Of a stretch of 64,000 bases of DNA, positions 38,359 to 47,963 are shown piece by piece. Below the pieces are notes generated by a model. The model did not search any database. It was not told where the DNA came from and saw only the letters and a list, made by a program, of their open reading frames with translations. Numbering within the stretch: position 1 is the first letter of the stretch; the number at the start of each line of letters is the position of its first letter. The position numbers and the translations under genes are program-made. This DNA comes from Planctomycetota bacterium (GTDB taxonomy: Bacteria > Planctomycetota > PLA2 > JAEUHO01), in NCBI GenBank assembly GCA_965222115.1, contig CBDCTJ010000003.1, positions 384,001 through 448,000 on the forward strand. Direction: 5' to 3'.

Positions 38359-39555
38359 ATGCGAATCGCGGTTCCGAAAGAGACATACCCGGGCGAGTCG
38401 CGCGTTGCCGTGACGCCCGATGTCGTGAAACGGTTGGTGCGCGAGGGCCATTCGGTTGTCGTCGAGAGCGATGCGGGCGCGGCGGGTGGCTTCCTCGATG
38501 GTGCGTACGTCGATGCGGGCGCAACGATCGCGACGTCGCCTACGCAACTGGTTGAGAACGCCGATGTCATCGCACACATCCATCCGCCCAAGCCCCTTGA
38601 GATTGGGCGCATGCCCTTGGGGTCGCTCGTTGTGTCGTTCTTATGGCCCACGGCGAATGAAGCAATCGTGCAATCCCTTTGTGATCATCGCGTAAACGCG
38701 TTTGCGATGGATCGCGTGCCGCGCATCACCCGCGCGCAGTCCATGGATGCGCTCAGTTCCATGAGTACCATTGCGGGCTATCGCGCCGCGCTGATTGCCG
38801 CGCAACACTTGGGCAAGTTCTTTCCCATGTTGATGACCGCCGCAGGGACCATCCCTCCCGCGCGCGTCGTGGTGATTGGCGTGGGCGTTGCCGGACTCCA
38901 GGCCATCGCAACGTGTCGTCGTCTCGGAGCCATCGTCGAGGCATCCGACATTCGACAAGAAGCCTTGGAGCAAGCGCGCAGCCTGGGTGCAGAAACCATC
39001 GACGTTGAACTGGGCGAGAGCGGCGAAGGCGAAGGCGGCTACGCGCGCGAGTTGTCCAAAGAAGCACGCGAACGCCAAGCCGCAAAGCTCGCGGAACGCA
39101 TCCGTGTTGCCGACGCCGTGATTACAACGGCGCTCGTGCCGGGTCGCCCCGCGCCTCGGCTTGTCTCCACCGATGTCGTAGACTCCATGAAGCCCGGTTC
39201 TGTACTGATTGATCTCGCGGCAGAGGCGGGCGGAAACTGTGAGCTGACCGAAGCGGGGAAAGCGATCGAGCGGAATGGCGTAACGATCGTGGGGTTGGTC
39301 AATTTGCCCGCCACCATGGCTTCTGATGGCAGCCGCATGTATGCCAAGAACATCCAGGAGATTGTGCGCCACTTGACACCGCCCAAAGGCGAGGCCGACG
39401 AGTCACCGACAGGTGTGCACATCGATTTCGACGATGAAATCACAGCGGGTTCGATCTATGTCTACGACGGTAAGGTTCGGCGCGCGGACGCCGACAACAA
39501 GGAGCAAACGCCAGTGACGCGCAGTGAGACTGAGAGTGTGGGAGAGGGCGCATGA
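38359..39555 (+). CDS. pntAA: NAD(P) transhydrogenase subunit alpha part 1
   Basis: MRIAVPKE, ESRVA, PRITRAQSMDALSSM, GVGVAGLQAI, GGYAR, DLAAEAGGNC; GGAGG SD. Confidence 0.95.
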   Translation: MRIAVPKETYPGESRVAVTPDVVKRLVREGHSVVVESDAGAAGGFLDGAYVDAGATIATSPTQLVENADVIAHIHPPKPLEIGRMPLGSLVVSFLWPTANEAIVQSLCDHRVNAFAMDRVPRITRAQSMDALSSMSTIAGYRAALIAAQHLGKFFPMLMTAAGTIPPARVVVIGVGVAGLQAIATCRRLGAIVEASDIRQEALEQARSLGAETIDVELGESGEGEGGYARELSKEARERQAAKLAERIRVADAVITTALVPGRPAPRLVSTDVVDSMKPGSVLIDLAAEAGGNCELTEAGKAIERNGVTIVGLVNLPATMASDGSRMYAKNIQEIVRHLTPPKGEADESPTGVHIDFDDEITAGSIYVYDGKVRRADADNKEQTPVTRSETESVGEGA

Positions 39556-39890
39556 CATTCACGATCGCGATTCTCGGCAGTGAACTGACCTACATCTTTA
39601 TCTTTGCGCTCGCGGCGCTACTTGGCTTTGAGATTATTACCAAAGTGCCTGCTACGCTCCACACGCCTTTGATGAGCGGCAGCAATGCCATCTCCGGCAT
39701 CATTTTGGTGGGTGCGATTGTGGTGGCCGGCATGACGCAGAGCACGTTCGGCACGATTTTGGGCGTACTGGGCGTGATACTCGCAACCATCAATGTGGTC
39801 GGCGGCTTTCTGGTCACCGACCGCATGCTCAAGATGTTTAAACAGAAGAAAGCGCCCAAGGCCGCGGGCAAGAAGGGCGGTGATGCGTGA
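39552..39890 (+). CDS. pntAB: NAD(P) transhydrogenase subunit alpha part 2
   Basis: VPATLHTPLMSGSNAISG, INVVGGFLVTDRMLKMF. Confidence 0.95.
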   Translation: MTFTIAILGSELTYIFIFALAALLGFEIITKVPATLHTPLMSGSNAISGIILVGAIVVAGMTQSTFGTILGVLGVILATINVVGGFLVTDRMLKMFKQKKAPKAAGKKGGDA

Positions 39891-41293
39891 GCACCGCCCT
39901 TGTAGGAATCGTGTACCTGCTCTCCTGTGGCTGCTTCATCTTTGGGTTGAAGCGCTTGGCATCACCCAAAACGGCGCCTGCTGGAAATCTACTCGGCGCC
40001 TTTGGCATGGTGTTGGCCGTGGTCGCCACCATCGTGACGTGGAAGACCACGGGCGATGGCGAGCGTGTCACTCATAACCTCGGATGGATCTTGGCGGCGT
40101 TGGCCATTGGCGCCGTGATTGGCGTGCTGCTCGCCACGCGCATTCAGATGACCGCGATGCCTCAACTGGTGGCCGCCTTCAATGGTTTTGGTGGCATGGC
40201 GAGTTCGCTCGTCACGCTGGGCGCCATTGCGCATACGGATCCGAGTTCGCCGTTCAACGCTGTGATTGCCGCGATTGGCGTGTTGATCGGAGGCATTACG
40301 TTTTCGGGCTCTGCGATGGCCTTTGGCAAGCTGCAGGGGATCATCAATACCGCACCGGTTACGTTTTCCATGCAGCGGGTCGTGAATGCGGGGCTCATTG
40401 TGCTCGGCATCGTGTTTACGATTCTCTACGCCAACAACAATGGCGGCGCTGTGTGGCCGTGGTTGATTTTACCGGTCTCCTTGATCCTGGGCGTAACGTC
40501 CACACAACCCATTGGCGGGGCCGACATGCCGGTGGTTGTGGCGCTGCTCAATAGCTTTTCCGGTATCGCCGCGTCCATGGCGGGCATCGCCACGGGCAAT
40601 GAGATTCTCATTGTCGCCGGTGCACTGGTTGGCGCTTCGGGTTTGATCCTCACGCACATCATGTGCAAGGGCATGAATCGTTCCCTCGCCAACGTGCTGT
40701 TTGCGGCCTTTGGAACAGGCGATGACGGTGCGGGCGCGGCTGCAGGTGGCGGCGAAGCACGCACGGTGCGCAACTACACGCCGGAGGACGGGGCCATTTT
40801 GCTCGCCAATGCGCGTTCCGTGATTGTGGTTCCGGGGTACGGCCTCGCGGTGGCTCAGGCCCAACACACGATTCGCGAACTTGCCGACCTGCTCATCGAA
40901 CGTGGCGTAGACATGAAATACGCTATCCATCCGGTAGCGGGACGCATGCCGGGGCATATGAATGTGTTGCTGGCCGAGGCCAATGTCCCCTACGACCAAC
41001 TGCTGGATATCGATGAGGTTAACCCCCACTTCGAAAGCGCCGACGTCGCGTTGGTGGTGGGCGCCAATGACGTGGTGAACCCGGGAGCGCGCACGGACAC
41101 CAACTCCCCGATCTACGGCATGCCCATTTTGAACGCCGACAAGGCCCGAAACGTCATCATATTGAAAAGGAGTTTGGGAACTGGCTTTGCCGGGACGCAG
41201 AATGAACTCTTCTTCAACGACAAGACCATGATGCTCTTCGGCGATGCAAAGAAGACGCTGACGAGCCTCGTGCAAGAGGTAAAGGCGCTGTAG
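39887..41293 (+). CDS. pntB: NAD(P) transhydrogenase subunit beta
   Basis: MTAMPQLVA, IGGADMPVVVALLNS, VPGYGLAVAQAQH, HPVAGRMPGHMNVLLAEA, GANDVVNP. Confidence 0.97.
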   Translation: MSTALVGIVYLLSCGCFIFGLKRLASPKTAPAGNLLGAFGMVLAVVATIVTWKTTGDGERVTHNLGWILAALAIGAVIGVLLATRIQMTAMPQLVAAFNGFGGMASSLVTLGAIAHTDPSSPFNAVIAAIGVLIGGITFSGSAMAFGKLQGIINTAPVTFSMQRVVNAGLIVLGIVFTILYANNNGGAVWPWLILPVSLILGVTSTQPIGGADMPVVVALLNSFSGIAASMAGIATGNEILIVAGALVGASGLILTHIMCKGMNRSLANVLFAAFGTGDDGAGAAAGGGEARTVRNYTPEDGAILLANARSVIVVPGYGLAVAQAQHTIRELADLLIERGVDMKYAIHPVAGRMPGHMNVLLAEANVPYDQLLDIDEVNPHFESADVALVVGANDVVNPGARTDTNSPIYGMPILNADKARNVIILKRSLGTGFAGTQNELFFNDKTMMLFGDAKKTLTSLVQEVKAL

Positions 41294-41295
41294 CC

Positions 41296-43044
41296 ATGTC
41301 CTTTCCGGACAAATCCGAAGCCGACGCTCCTTGGTCCTGCGAAGACGGGTCCTGGGATGAAGGTCTGTGGACGCCTTGGATGGGCGACGGCGAGGATGAC
41401 GAGTACGAGGAAGACGAAGAACCCGGCGAAGACGACGACTGGGAATGGGAGTACGACGACGACGACGAGGACGATGAGGAAGAGGACGCGGAGGATTCGG
41501 ACGACGACGAAGACGAAGCTGTTGAGGGCGATGAAGAAGACGGTGACTACGAAGGCGATGACGATGAAGAGGATGACGACGAGTGGGAGTATGAAGACGA
41601 TGAGGATGAGGTAGACGGCGACGAAGAGGCTGAAGATGAAGATGTGGACGCAGAAGACGAAGAGTGGGAATACGACGATGAAGACGAAGTGGATGATGAG
41701 TTAGCAGATGAAGATGACGTCGATGAGAACACGAATAAGGACGCGGCCTCCAGTTCTTCGGACGACCCTCGCGAGCTAACGGCATCTGCGGCGAAGAACA
41801 GGGAGGATGCAAGCGTGCTACCTCGCGCCGACGAAGCCGCGCCGCCCCCCACAGAACCTGCGCCACATGACGTGGAGGATGGAACCGAACAAAAACGCAT
41901 TGATACACGCGCCGAGCATGGCCGAAGCGGCGAGTTGGACGTGCTTGCGCTCGAACCATCAGACACCATCGACGATACGGTGCTCAACGTAGACGCGGAC
42001 GATGAGGAAACCGAGGTGCTGCCGAATACCCTGGGTGCAATGGAGCCTGCCGCCGATGCAGTGATAGAACCCGACGAGTCGACTGATATCAACGTCGAGG
42101 AGAAATCTGATTCTGCCGAGGACGAAGCGCTTGCTCTCGATGAGACGTCCGGCGGTGCAATCACCACAAACGAAGAAGCGCCACTTCATATTCCGCTAAG
42201 CGATGAGCCCGCCTCCACGCCTACATCCACGACACGCACAGGGATCGACCGACAAGTGCTTTGGCTCGCGGGCACGCTGGTGGCGCTGCTGCTCTTGGTG
42301 CTGCTGCTAAACCACCTAAAATCTAAGCGAGCTCAAGCACCTCTAAAAGCGGGCGCTCCCGCTGCGCTTCAATTAACGGGTCGCGTCCCCCGCATGGTGC
42401 GGGTGGGCAAACCGTTCCGCGTACGTCTTGCCGCGACGAACATAGGGGCGCACCCCCTTGATGATCATGAGATCATTGTGCGGGTCGACGATGTATTTCG
42501 GATGGCAGAAAAAACGGGCAACAAATCGGTCATCAAGACGCTCGATACGGGCGATCACCGCATCGTCGAATTCATTTTGATTGCCACAAGGCCCGGCGCT
42601 CACAATTTCGACGCGGTAACGCACGATAAACGAGGTAGTGCATGCGCCGGTCGGTTGTTTCGAATCGACGCGATACCTCAAGGTTCTACGATCGAACTGG
42701 ACGAGCGCGAAATGAAGGGGACGCCCTTCGCGCTAACGCTGAATACTCGAGCACCTGAGTTCGGACGCGTCAAAAAGTCTTTTGTCGTGCACGCGCAGAT
42801 TCAAAACACCGGGAACGGCGTGCTCGAAGATCTCATTGTCTCATTCTTTCCCTTTGACGGTGTAAGCCGCGAGGACAACGCTCAGATGCGCTACATGGTT
42901 TCAGATCTGAGCCCCGGTCAAAAACTAGATTTCAAGGCAGCCTTCAGCGCCGATGTCCCTGGAGAACGACTGGTTCGCGTCTCAGTTCGCGATCGGAACA
43001 ACTGGACCGCGGCGACCTCCCATCAAATCATCGAGATCCGATAG
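41296..43044 (+). CDS. Bitopic protein with hyperacidic N-terminal region, one TM and two Ig-like (CARDB/DUF11-like) domains
   Basis: Roughly 110-aa D/E tract; TM VLWLAGTLVALLLLVLLL; two related beta-rich modules (ATNIG...LDTGD...PG; IQNTG...LSPGQ...PG). Confidence 0.7.
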   Translation: MSFPDKSEADAPWSCEDGSWDEGLWTPWMGDGEDDEYEEDEEPGEDDDWEWEYDDDDEDDEEEDAEDSDDDEDEAVEGDEEDGDYEGDDDEEDDDEWEYEDDEDEVDGDEEAEDEDVDAEDEEWEYDDEDEVDDELADEDDVDENTNKDAASSSSDDPRELTASAAKNREDASVLPRADEAAPPPTEPAPHDVEDGTEQKRIDTRAEHGRSGELDVLALEPSDTIDDTVLNVDADDEETEVLPNTLGAMEPAADAVIEPDESTDINVEEKSDSAEDEALALDETSGGAITTNEEAPLHIPLSDEPASTPTSTTRTGIDRQVLWLAGTLVALLLLVLLLNHLKSKRAQAPLKAGAPAALQLTGRVPRMVRVGKPFRVRLAATNIGAHPLDDHEIIVRVDDVFRMAEKTGNKSVIKTLDTGDHRIVEFILIATRPGAHNFDAVTHDKRGSACAGRLFRIDAIPQGSTIELDEREMKGTPFALTLNTRAPEFGRVKKSFVVHAQIQNTGNGVLEDLIVSFFPFDGVSREDNAQMRYMVSDLSPGQKLDFKAAFSADVPGERLVRVSVRDRNNWTAATSHQIIEIR

Positions 43045-43069
43045 CCGGTCAGGGCAGGAAATGCCATCG

Positions 43070-46000
43070 CTAATGTGCCAACTGCTCCTTCGCCCGCTTG
43101 ACGAAGATCTCACGAGACGGGCGCGCGAGGCCTGGTCGATACCCTTTGACAAGTTCCGGTCGATGGCGGAGGAATACGGACCAGGCTTCCTTGCGCACGT
43201 TTTCATCGGCATCATCGAGCCGCTCGGCGCACGCGATGAGTAGCGGCAAGATGGCGCGACCGCCGGCAATGGTCCTGCATGCCCGTTCGCGTGTAGGTGC
43301 ATGAGCGTGGGCTAGTAGGTGCGTCAACTCGGCGACGAATGCACCTCGCAAGTTCCAGTGAGCGACTTCGTCCATCGCCGACAAGCGCGGAACATCGGAT
43401 TCACTGGCCATCAATGTCTTCAGTTGCGTGTCGCTAGCGTCAAGTACCCGTGAGAGCCCGGCCAACAATGCCCGATGCACCGCCGGCGCATCCTGTCGAA
43501 TGACCTTGAGCCTCTTGATTGCTACCGCGCACCCCCACGTGCCATGTTCCTTGGCCATGGCCGCAACGCGCTTGGCCGCGGTGCGCAACGCCCGCTTGCG
43601 ATCGGCGTCGAGCGCCCCGCGCAGCTCGTCAAATGCGGGAGCCAGAAACGTCGCAACCGATTCGCCGCACGGGGCCATGTCGGCAAAGACCCATGCCAGA
43701 TCCGGCGGGATCGTCGCTTTGTCATTGTCAAGCCGCGCGCGGAGCACACGCGAGAATCGTTCCAGCGCTTTCGCTGCCGAAGGTGCCCACGAATCGTCGG
43801 TACAACGCTTCACCGCGTGAAGCGCATGCTCACAGTGACCGCGGGTGAGGGCGGCTGCTACGTAGGCCTTCAGCACGTCCAAACGCTCACTAGCAAAGGG
43901 ATCGTCATCGCTCAACAACGGCGGCAAACATGCATCGAGCAGGCGCTCGGCTTGTTTGCGTGCGTCGCCGCGTTCTTGATCGCTTGAATCGGTTCGTTTC
44001 GCGCGCCCAAGCAGCGCCATCGCTTTAGAGAGTGCTTGTCGCCGAAGCGCGCGCACGCGGCGCCACGCAAGCACGCGATCACCAGGAATGAGGTCCCGCG
44101 CCTTGGCATACCCGTCGGCGGCTTCGTCGAGCGCATCATCGCGAAGTTTCCGCACGGCTCGAATCTCGGGATGACCCGGAGGCAGAGCACGCAATGAAAT
44201 GCTCAGAAACGCCGCTTCGCCATCGCGCCAGCGTGCCGCCAATGCCAAACGTGTGGCATTACGCACAGCCGTGCCGTCGCGAGACGTCCACCACGGCTGT
44301 CCGGTGGGCACATCTTCGTCATCAACCAAGGTGGCGAGATAAGCGAGGGTTCGATGCAAATAGGGGGTGTTGAGGCTTGCACGAGGTGTCGGGCGAAACT
44401 CGGGATAGGGGTCGGCATCCGAGATCACGCGAAAGTGCGCTACATCGATCCCGGGAGCGGGCGACGCGAGCACCTGTTTGCCCGAAGCGATGTAGGCGGC
44501 GGCCAATGCGCGCGGCGTCGCCAGGCCCGACGCTGAAAGATCATCCTCAATCGTGGAGACGCGCCGCGACCATGCCCTTTCTGAGGGGTACACGCCGTTG
44601 CTCTTGCGTCCAATCAACGCCGTTGACTGTTCAAAGAACCACAGCGAGCCATCGGGAAAGACCTCGAAGAATGTGCGCAGAAACGCCGCGTAGAGCGGCG
44701 CGGGCATAGCGTGAACGGGCACCCACTGACACACAATACCGTCCGGTGCCAAGCGTTCGTGGCACAGCTCATAGAACTCGCGCGTATAAAAGGGAAGCCC
44801 GTGGGGACTGTAGGGCATGAGCGGTTCAAGCGTGATCACGTCCAGGGGTGTGTCACGCAACAAAAGGGCATTGCGACCGTCGTCTTTCACAATACGTGTT
44901 CGCGAATCGGCGAGCACGTTTCGATTCACGTGTTTGAACGCATCCGCGGCTTCGAGCACACTCGAACTCAACTCGACAACCGTAATCTCTTTGACGTCGT
45001 CGTGCATGGCCACGGCACCTGCGGTGGTGCCCGTCCCAAATGCAATCACCATGGTGCGCGCGGGCGTTGGTGCCAACAGACACGGCAAGTGACCGAGCAT
45101 ACGCATGTAGCGATAACTCGCGCCGGTCGCGGCGGCAGGAAAATCATCGGTGTAGAGATAGCGCTCGCCGCCCGGGAGGTCCACCACGCTCACCGTGGTG
45201 GTTGCATCGGTCGATACCGACGTGAGCGCGCGTCCATCGCGACCTTGCATGACCGCGGAATGCGTGACGAGCGTTTCGGCATTGGTCATTGGCAGAGGTA
45301 TCAAAATCGCAACCACACCCGCGAGCGCAAACGCAAGACGAGGAACGCGATCGCGCACCACCAACAGAAACGCTACGAGCAACGCAAGGCACGCAATCGC
45401 GGTCCACGTCGCCAATACGCCTTTCCAGGGCACAAGCACAAACGTACACAGTAGTGGCGCTGTAACCGTGCCCAGGCTGTTGAAGAGGTACGTGGATCCA
45501 ACGGCGTCTCCCGGCGAGGCACCGTCCGCTTCGGCGATGCGAACACACACGGCAAATGTGGCCCCGAGTACGAATGCGGGCAAGAAGAGTAAGCACGCCG
45601 CGCCAAGCGTGGCCGAAACGCCAAGGGCGCGAGCAATGTCGGCGGGTGAACGCACGGTCGCGAATTGATCGGCTTTGATTCCGCGCATGATGGACTCGAA
45701 CTGCGGCATCAACACATAGACCGCGACGAGCGCCAATGCGGCGTAGAGCGCCAACAGGGCTGCAAGCGTTCGACGTGGGCGCTTGGTGCGCGTGGCCAGC
45801 GGACCAATCACCAAACTGCCGAGCCCGAGCCCGGCGATGAACACGCCGAGCATAGCGGTGAATGCGGTGGTGAATCCCTCGAGGAAAAACACCAAGATAC
45901 GAAAGCCCGCAAGTTCACATCCAAGTCCAATGAATCCGCAAAGAAACGCCAGAATGCGCGCGTCCCAAGGCGACCGACCGGATGCAGCTAATGGTTCTCG

Positions 46001-46696
46001 CGTGGCGGTGGGGTTTGCGTTTCCATCGTGCGCCGTCAGGGACACGATGAATGCAAGGGCCGCGGCAAGCAGGCCCAAGGCGATCCCCATCCAAAGCACG
46101 ATGGGCACGCCGAAACGCTCCATGACAACCATGCCCGAGACAAAGCACCCCGCCACCGCGCCCACCGTATTGATGCCATAGAGCGGCGCCGTAGACCGCC
46201 CGGCCATGCCCCGCTTGGTTTGCCATGCCACGACCATGGCGGGCAGCGTTGCGCCGAGCAGGAAAGCGCAGGGCACGACAACGATCGCCGCAACAAGCAA
46301 ACGCAAAGGCATATGCATCCACGCGCCACCGCCGGATGCAATCGATACATACACCGACGAAAGCAGCTTGATGATCCATGGCGCCAGCAACGCAAGGAGG
46401 GCCGCCCCCACTTCACAGCGTGCGTAAAGGCGTAAGGCCTCGCGCGGTCCGGATTGATCGACGCGCGGTCCTGCCCAACGCGCTCCTACGCCCAGCCCGC
46501 CCACAAACAGCGCCAACAAAATTGCTGACGTGACCGCGGTATGGCCCAGCACCAAGAGCAATTGACGCGACCAAACGATCTCGTACGTGAGTCCCGCAGC
46601 ACCGGACAAGAGAAACGCCAGCAGGAGCAGGGCGCGATAGCCTCGATGGGGTTTGGATGAAGAAGTCGATGCTTCGCTTGTGAACTCGCTCGTCAC
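43070..46696 (-). CDS. Fused membrane domain / spermidine-synthase-like methyltransferase with C-terminal helical repeats
   Basis: SGAAGLTYEIVWSRQL, GATLP, YGINTVGAVAG; GTGTTAGA, VELSSSV, DDGRNAL, FYTREFY, QWVP. Confidence 0.82.
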   Translation of the reverse strand: MTSEFTSEASTSSSKPHRGYRALLLLAFLLSGAAGLTYEIVWSRQLLLVLGHTAVTSAILLALFVGGLGVGARWAGPRVDQSGPREALRLYARCEVGAALLALLAPWIIKLLSSVYVSIASGGGAWMHMPLRLLVAAIVVVPCAFLLGATLPAMVVAWQTKRGMAGRSTAPLYGINTVGAVAGCFVSGMVVMERFGVPIVLWMGIALGLLAAALAFIVSLTAHDGNANPTATREPLAASGRSPWDARILAFLCGFIGLGCELAGFRILVFFLEGFTTAFTAMLGVFIAGLGLGSLVIGPLATRTKRPRRTLAALLALYAALALVAVYVLMPQFESIMRGIKADQFATVRSPADIARALGVSATLGAACLLFLPAFVLGATFAVCVRIAEADGASPGDAVGSTYLFNSLGTVTAPLLCTFVLVPWKGVLATWTAIACLALLVAFLLVVRDRVPRLAFALAGVVAILIPLPMTNAETLVTHSAVMQGRDGRALTSVSTDATTTVSVVDLPGGERYLYTDDFPAAATGASYRYMRMLGHLPCLLAPTPARTMVIAFGTGTTAGAVAMHDDVKEITVVELSSSVLEAADAFKHVNRNVLADSRTRIVKDDGRNALLLRDTPLDVITLEPLMPYSPHGLPFYTREFYELCHERLAPDGIVCQWVPVHAMPAPLYAAFLRTFFEVFPDGSLWFFEQSTALIGRKSNGVYPSERAWSRRVSTIEDDLSASGLATPRALAAAYIASGKQVLASPAPGIDVAHFRVISDADPYPEFRPTPRASLNTPYLHRTLAYLATLVDDEDVPTGQPWWTSRDGTAVRNATRLALAARWRDGEAAFLSISLRALPPGHPEIRAVRKLRDDALDEAADGYAKARDLIPGDRVLAWRRVRALRRQALSKAMALLGRAKRTDSSDQERGDARKQAERLLDACLPPLLSDDDPFASERLDVLKAYVAAALTRGHCEHALHAVKRCTDDSWAPSAAKALERFSRVLRARLDNDKATIPPDLAWVFADMAPCGESVATFLAPAFDELRGALDADRKRALRTAAKRVAAMAKEHGTWGCAVAIKRLKVIRQDAPAVHRALLAGLSRVLDASDTQLKTLMASESDVPRLSAMDEVAHWNLRGAFVAELTHLLAHAHAPTRERACRTIAGGRAILPLLIACAERLDDADENVRKEAWSVFLRHRPELVKGYRPGLARPSREIFVKRAKEQLAH

Positions 46697-46772
46697 CGGG
46701 CTATCGTCTCACGCCCCGACAACTCCCACAATCGGAGACTCCTTCAAATCGTCACTTGAGAATTGGAGACCC

Positions 46773-47195
46773 ATGGATCGCGTTCTCTTTGCCTGTGTCC
46801 ACAACGCCGGTCGCTCCCAGATGGCGGCGGCCTGGATGCGCTTATGTGCCGACCCCAAGCGTGTACACGTGCTTAGCGCCGGAACGAATCCGGGCGAACA
46901 CGTGCATCCCGTGGTGGTGGATGCCATGGCCGAAGTGGGCGCCGACCTAAAGGCCATCAAACCCATACGCCTCACCGCCAAGTTGGCAGGCGACGTAACC
47001 ACGTTGATCACGATGGGCTGCGGCGAAGCGTGTCCCGTGATGCCGGGTGCCGAGGTCGAGGACTGGCCGCTGCGCGATCCCAAAGATTTGCCGCTGGTAT
47101 TCGTGCGCGCCATACGAGACGTCATTCGCGACCGCGTCTACGACCTCGCTACGCGCAAGGGTTGGCTTGCCGAAGAAGTTGAAAGTAATTCTTAA
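46773..47195 (+). CDS. arsC: Arsenate reductase ArsC (LMW-PTP fold, thioredoxin-type)
   Basis: FACVHNAGRSQMA, SAGT, TMGCGEACP, DWPLRDP; GGAG SD. Confidence 0.85.
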   Translation: MDRVLFACVHNAGRSQMAAAWMRLCADPKRVHVLSAGTNPGEHVHPVVVDAMAEVGADLKAIKPIRLTAKLAGDVTTLITMGCGEACPVMPGAEVEDWPLRDPKDLPLVFVRAIRDVIRDRVYDLATRKGWLAEEVESNS

Positions 47196-47266
47196 TCGTC
47201 AATCGCGGACGTGACGATTCGCAAACGGGTACTTGGCGGACGTATCTCGTTGCGCTCGGAGTTTTG

Positions 47267-47476
47267 CTACTCGCCCATCATGTCTAGGGCGCGCTGCGCA
47301 AGACGAATGGTCTTGAGGCGTTCGCGAGAACGGCGACGGCGGCGCTCGCTGGGCTTCTCGTAGTAGGCGTGGCGCTTGAGTTCGCGAGTGATGCCCTCGT
47401 TGTTGCAAAGCTTGCGAAGGCGACGAAGGGTCTTATCGAGCGCCTCGTTAGACTTTGACTGAACACGTATGGCCAT
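47267..47476 (-). CDS. rpsU: 30S ribosomal protein S21
   Basis: EALDKTLRRLRK, ELKRHAYYEKPSERRRR; GGAG SD. Confidence 0.93.
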   Translation of the reverse strand: MAIRVQSKSNEALDKTLRRLRKLCNNEGITRELKRHAYYEKPSERRRRRSRERLKTIRLAQRALDMMGE

Positions 47477-47502
47477 GCGGACTCCACCAACTCTTTCTGA
47501 TC

Positions 47503-47550
47503 TGCGATTCGACGGACTTGCGATTCGACCGACTTGCGATTCGACCGACT
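47503..47550. repeat. 16-bp tandem repeat x3 (TGCGATTCGACSGACT)
   Basis: Copies at 47503, 47519 and 47535, just upstream of rpsU. Confidence 0.9.
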
Positions 47551-47963
47551 ACGTGCCCGTCATACAAGAATCGTGCGCCCCAGGGCACACAAGCGCGAGA
47601 GCGTAGACGGCAAGTGGGGCTCGGACAAGACCCGCCTGGTGTCGCCGCCTCGATTTTCATGACAAATTCGTGACGCGCTGAGAGCCGAGATGCCCGGAAT
47701 CCTGCCGCGAAGCACCGAAACAGAGGCCTTTCGATAACCGATCTGAAAGGGGGGGTACGGACCCTTCGTCCAAGCGACAGCGTCGTGCGGAGGAATTCCG
47801 CGCCTCCGGCGGGTCGAGCGGCCTCATGGGAGGGGTCGCTTGCATTTCCGCCTGCGCTACGAACGATGGCCGTCGCCTCGGCGATGGCTGCCCATCCGCT
47901 GCCGGCCCCATCCTTGCGATGACCCGGTAAGACCATTTGCCCAATCCCAAGGGAGAAGATCGC

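Noticed and set aside
40469-41959. 496-aa minus-strand His/Arg/Pro-rich ORF
   Set aside because: Antisense shadow of pntB and the acidic low-complexity gene.
46773-47195. Arsenic-resistance island
   Set aside because: Lone arsC with no arsR, acr3 or arsB nearby.
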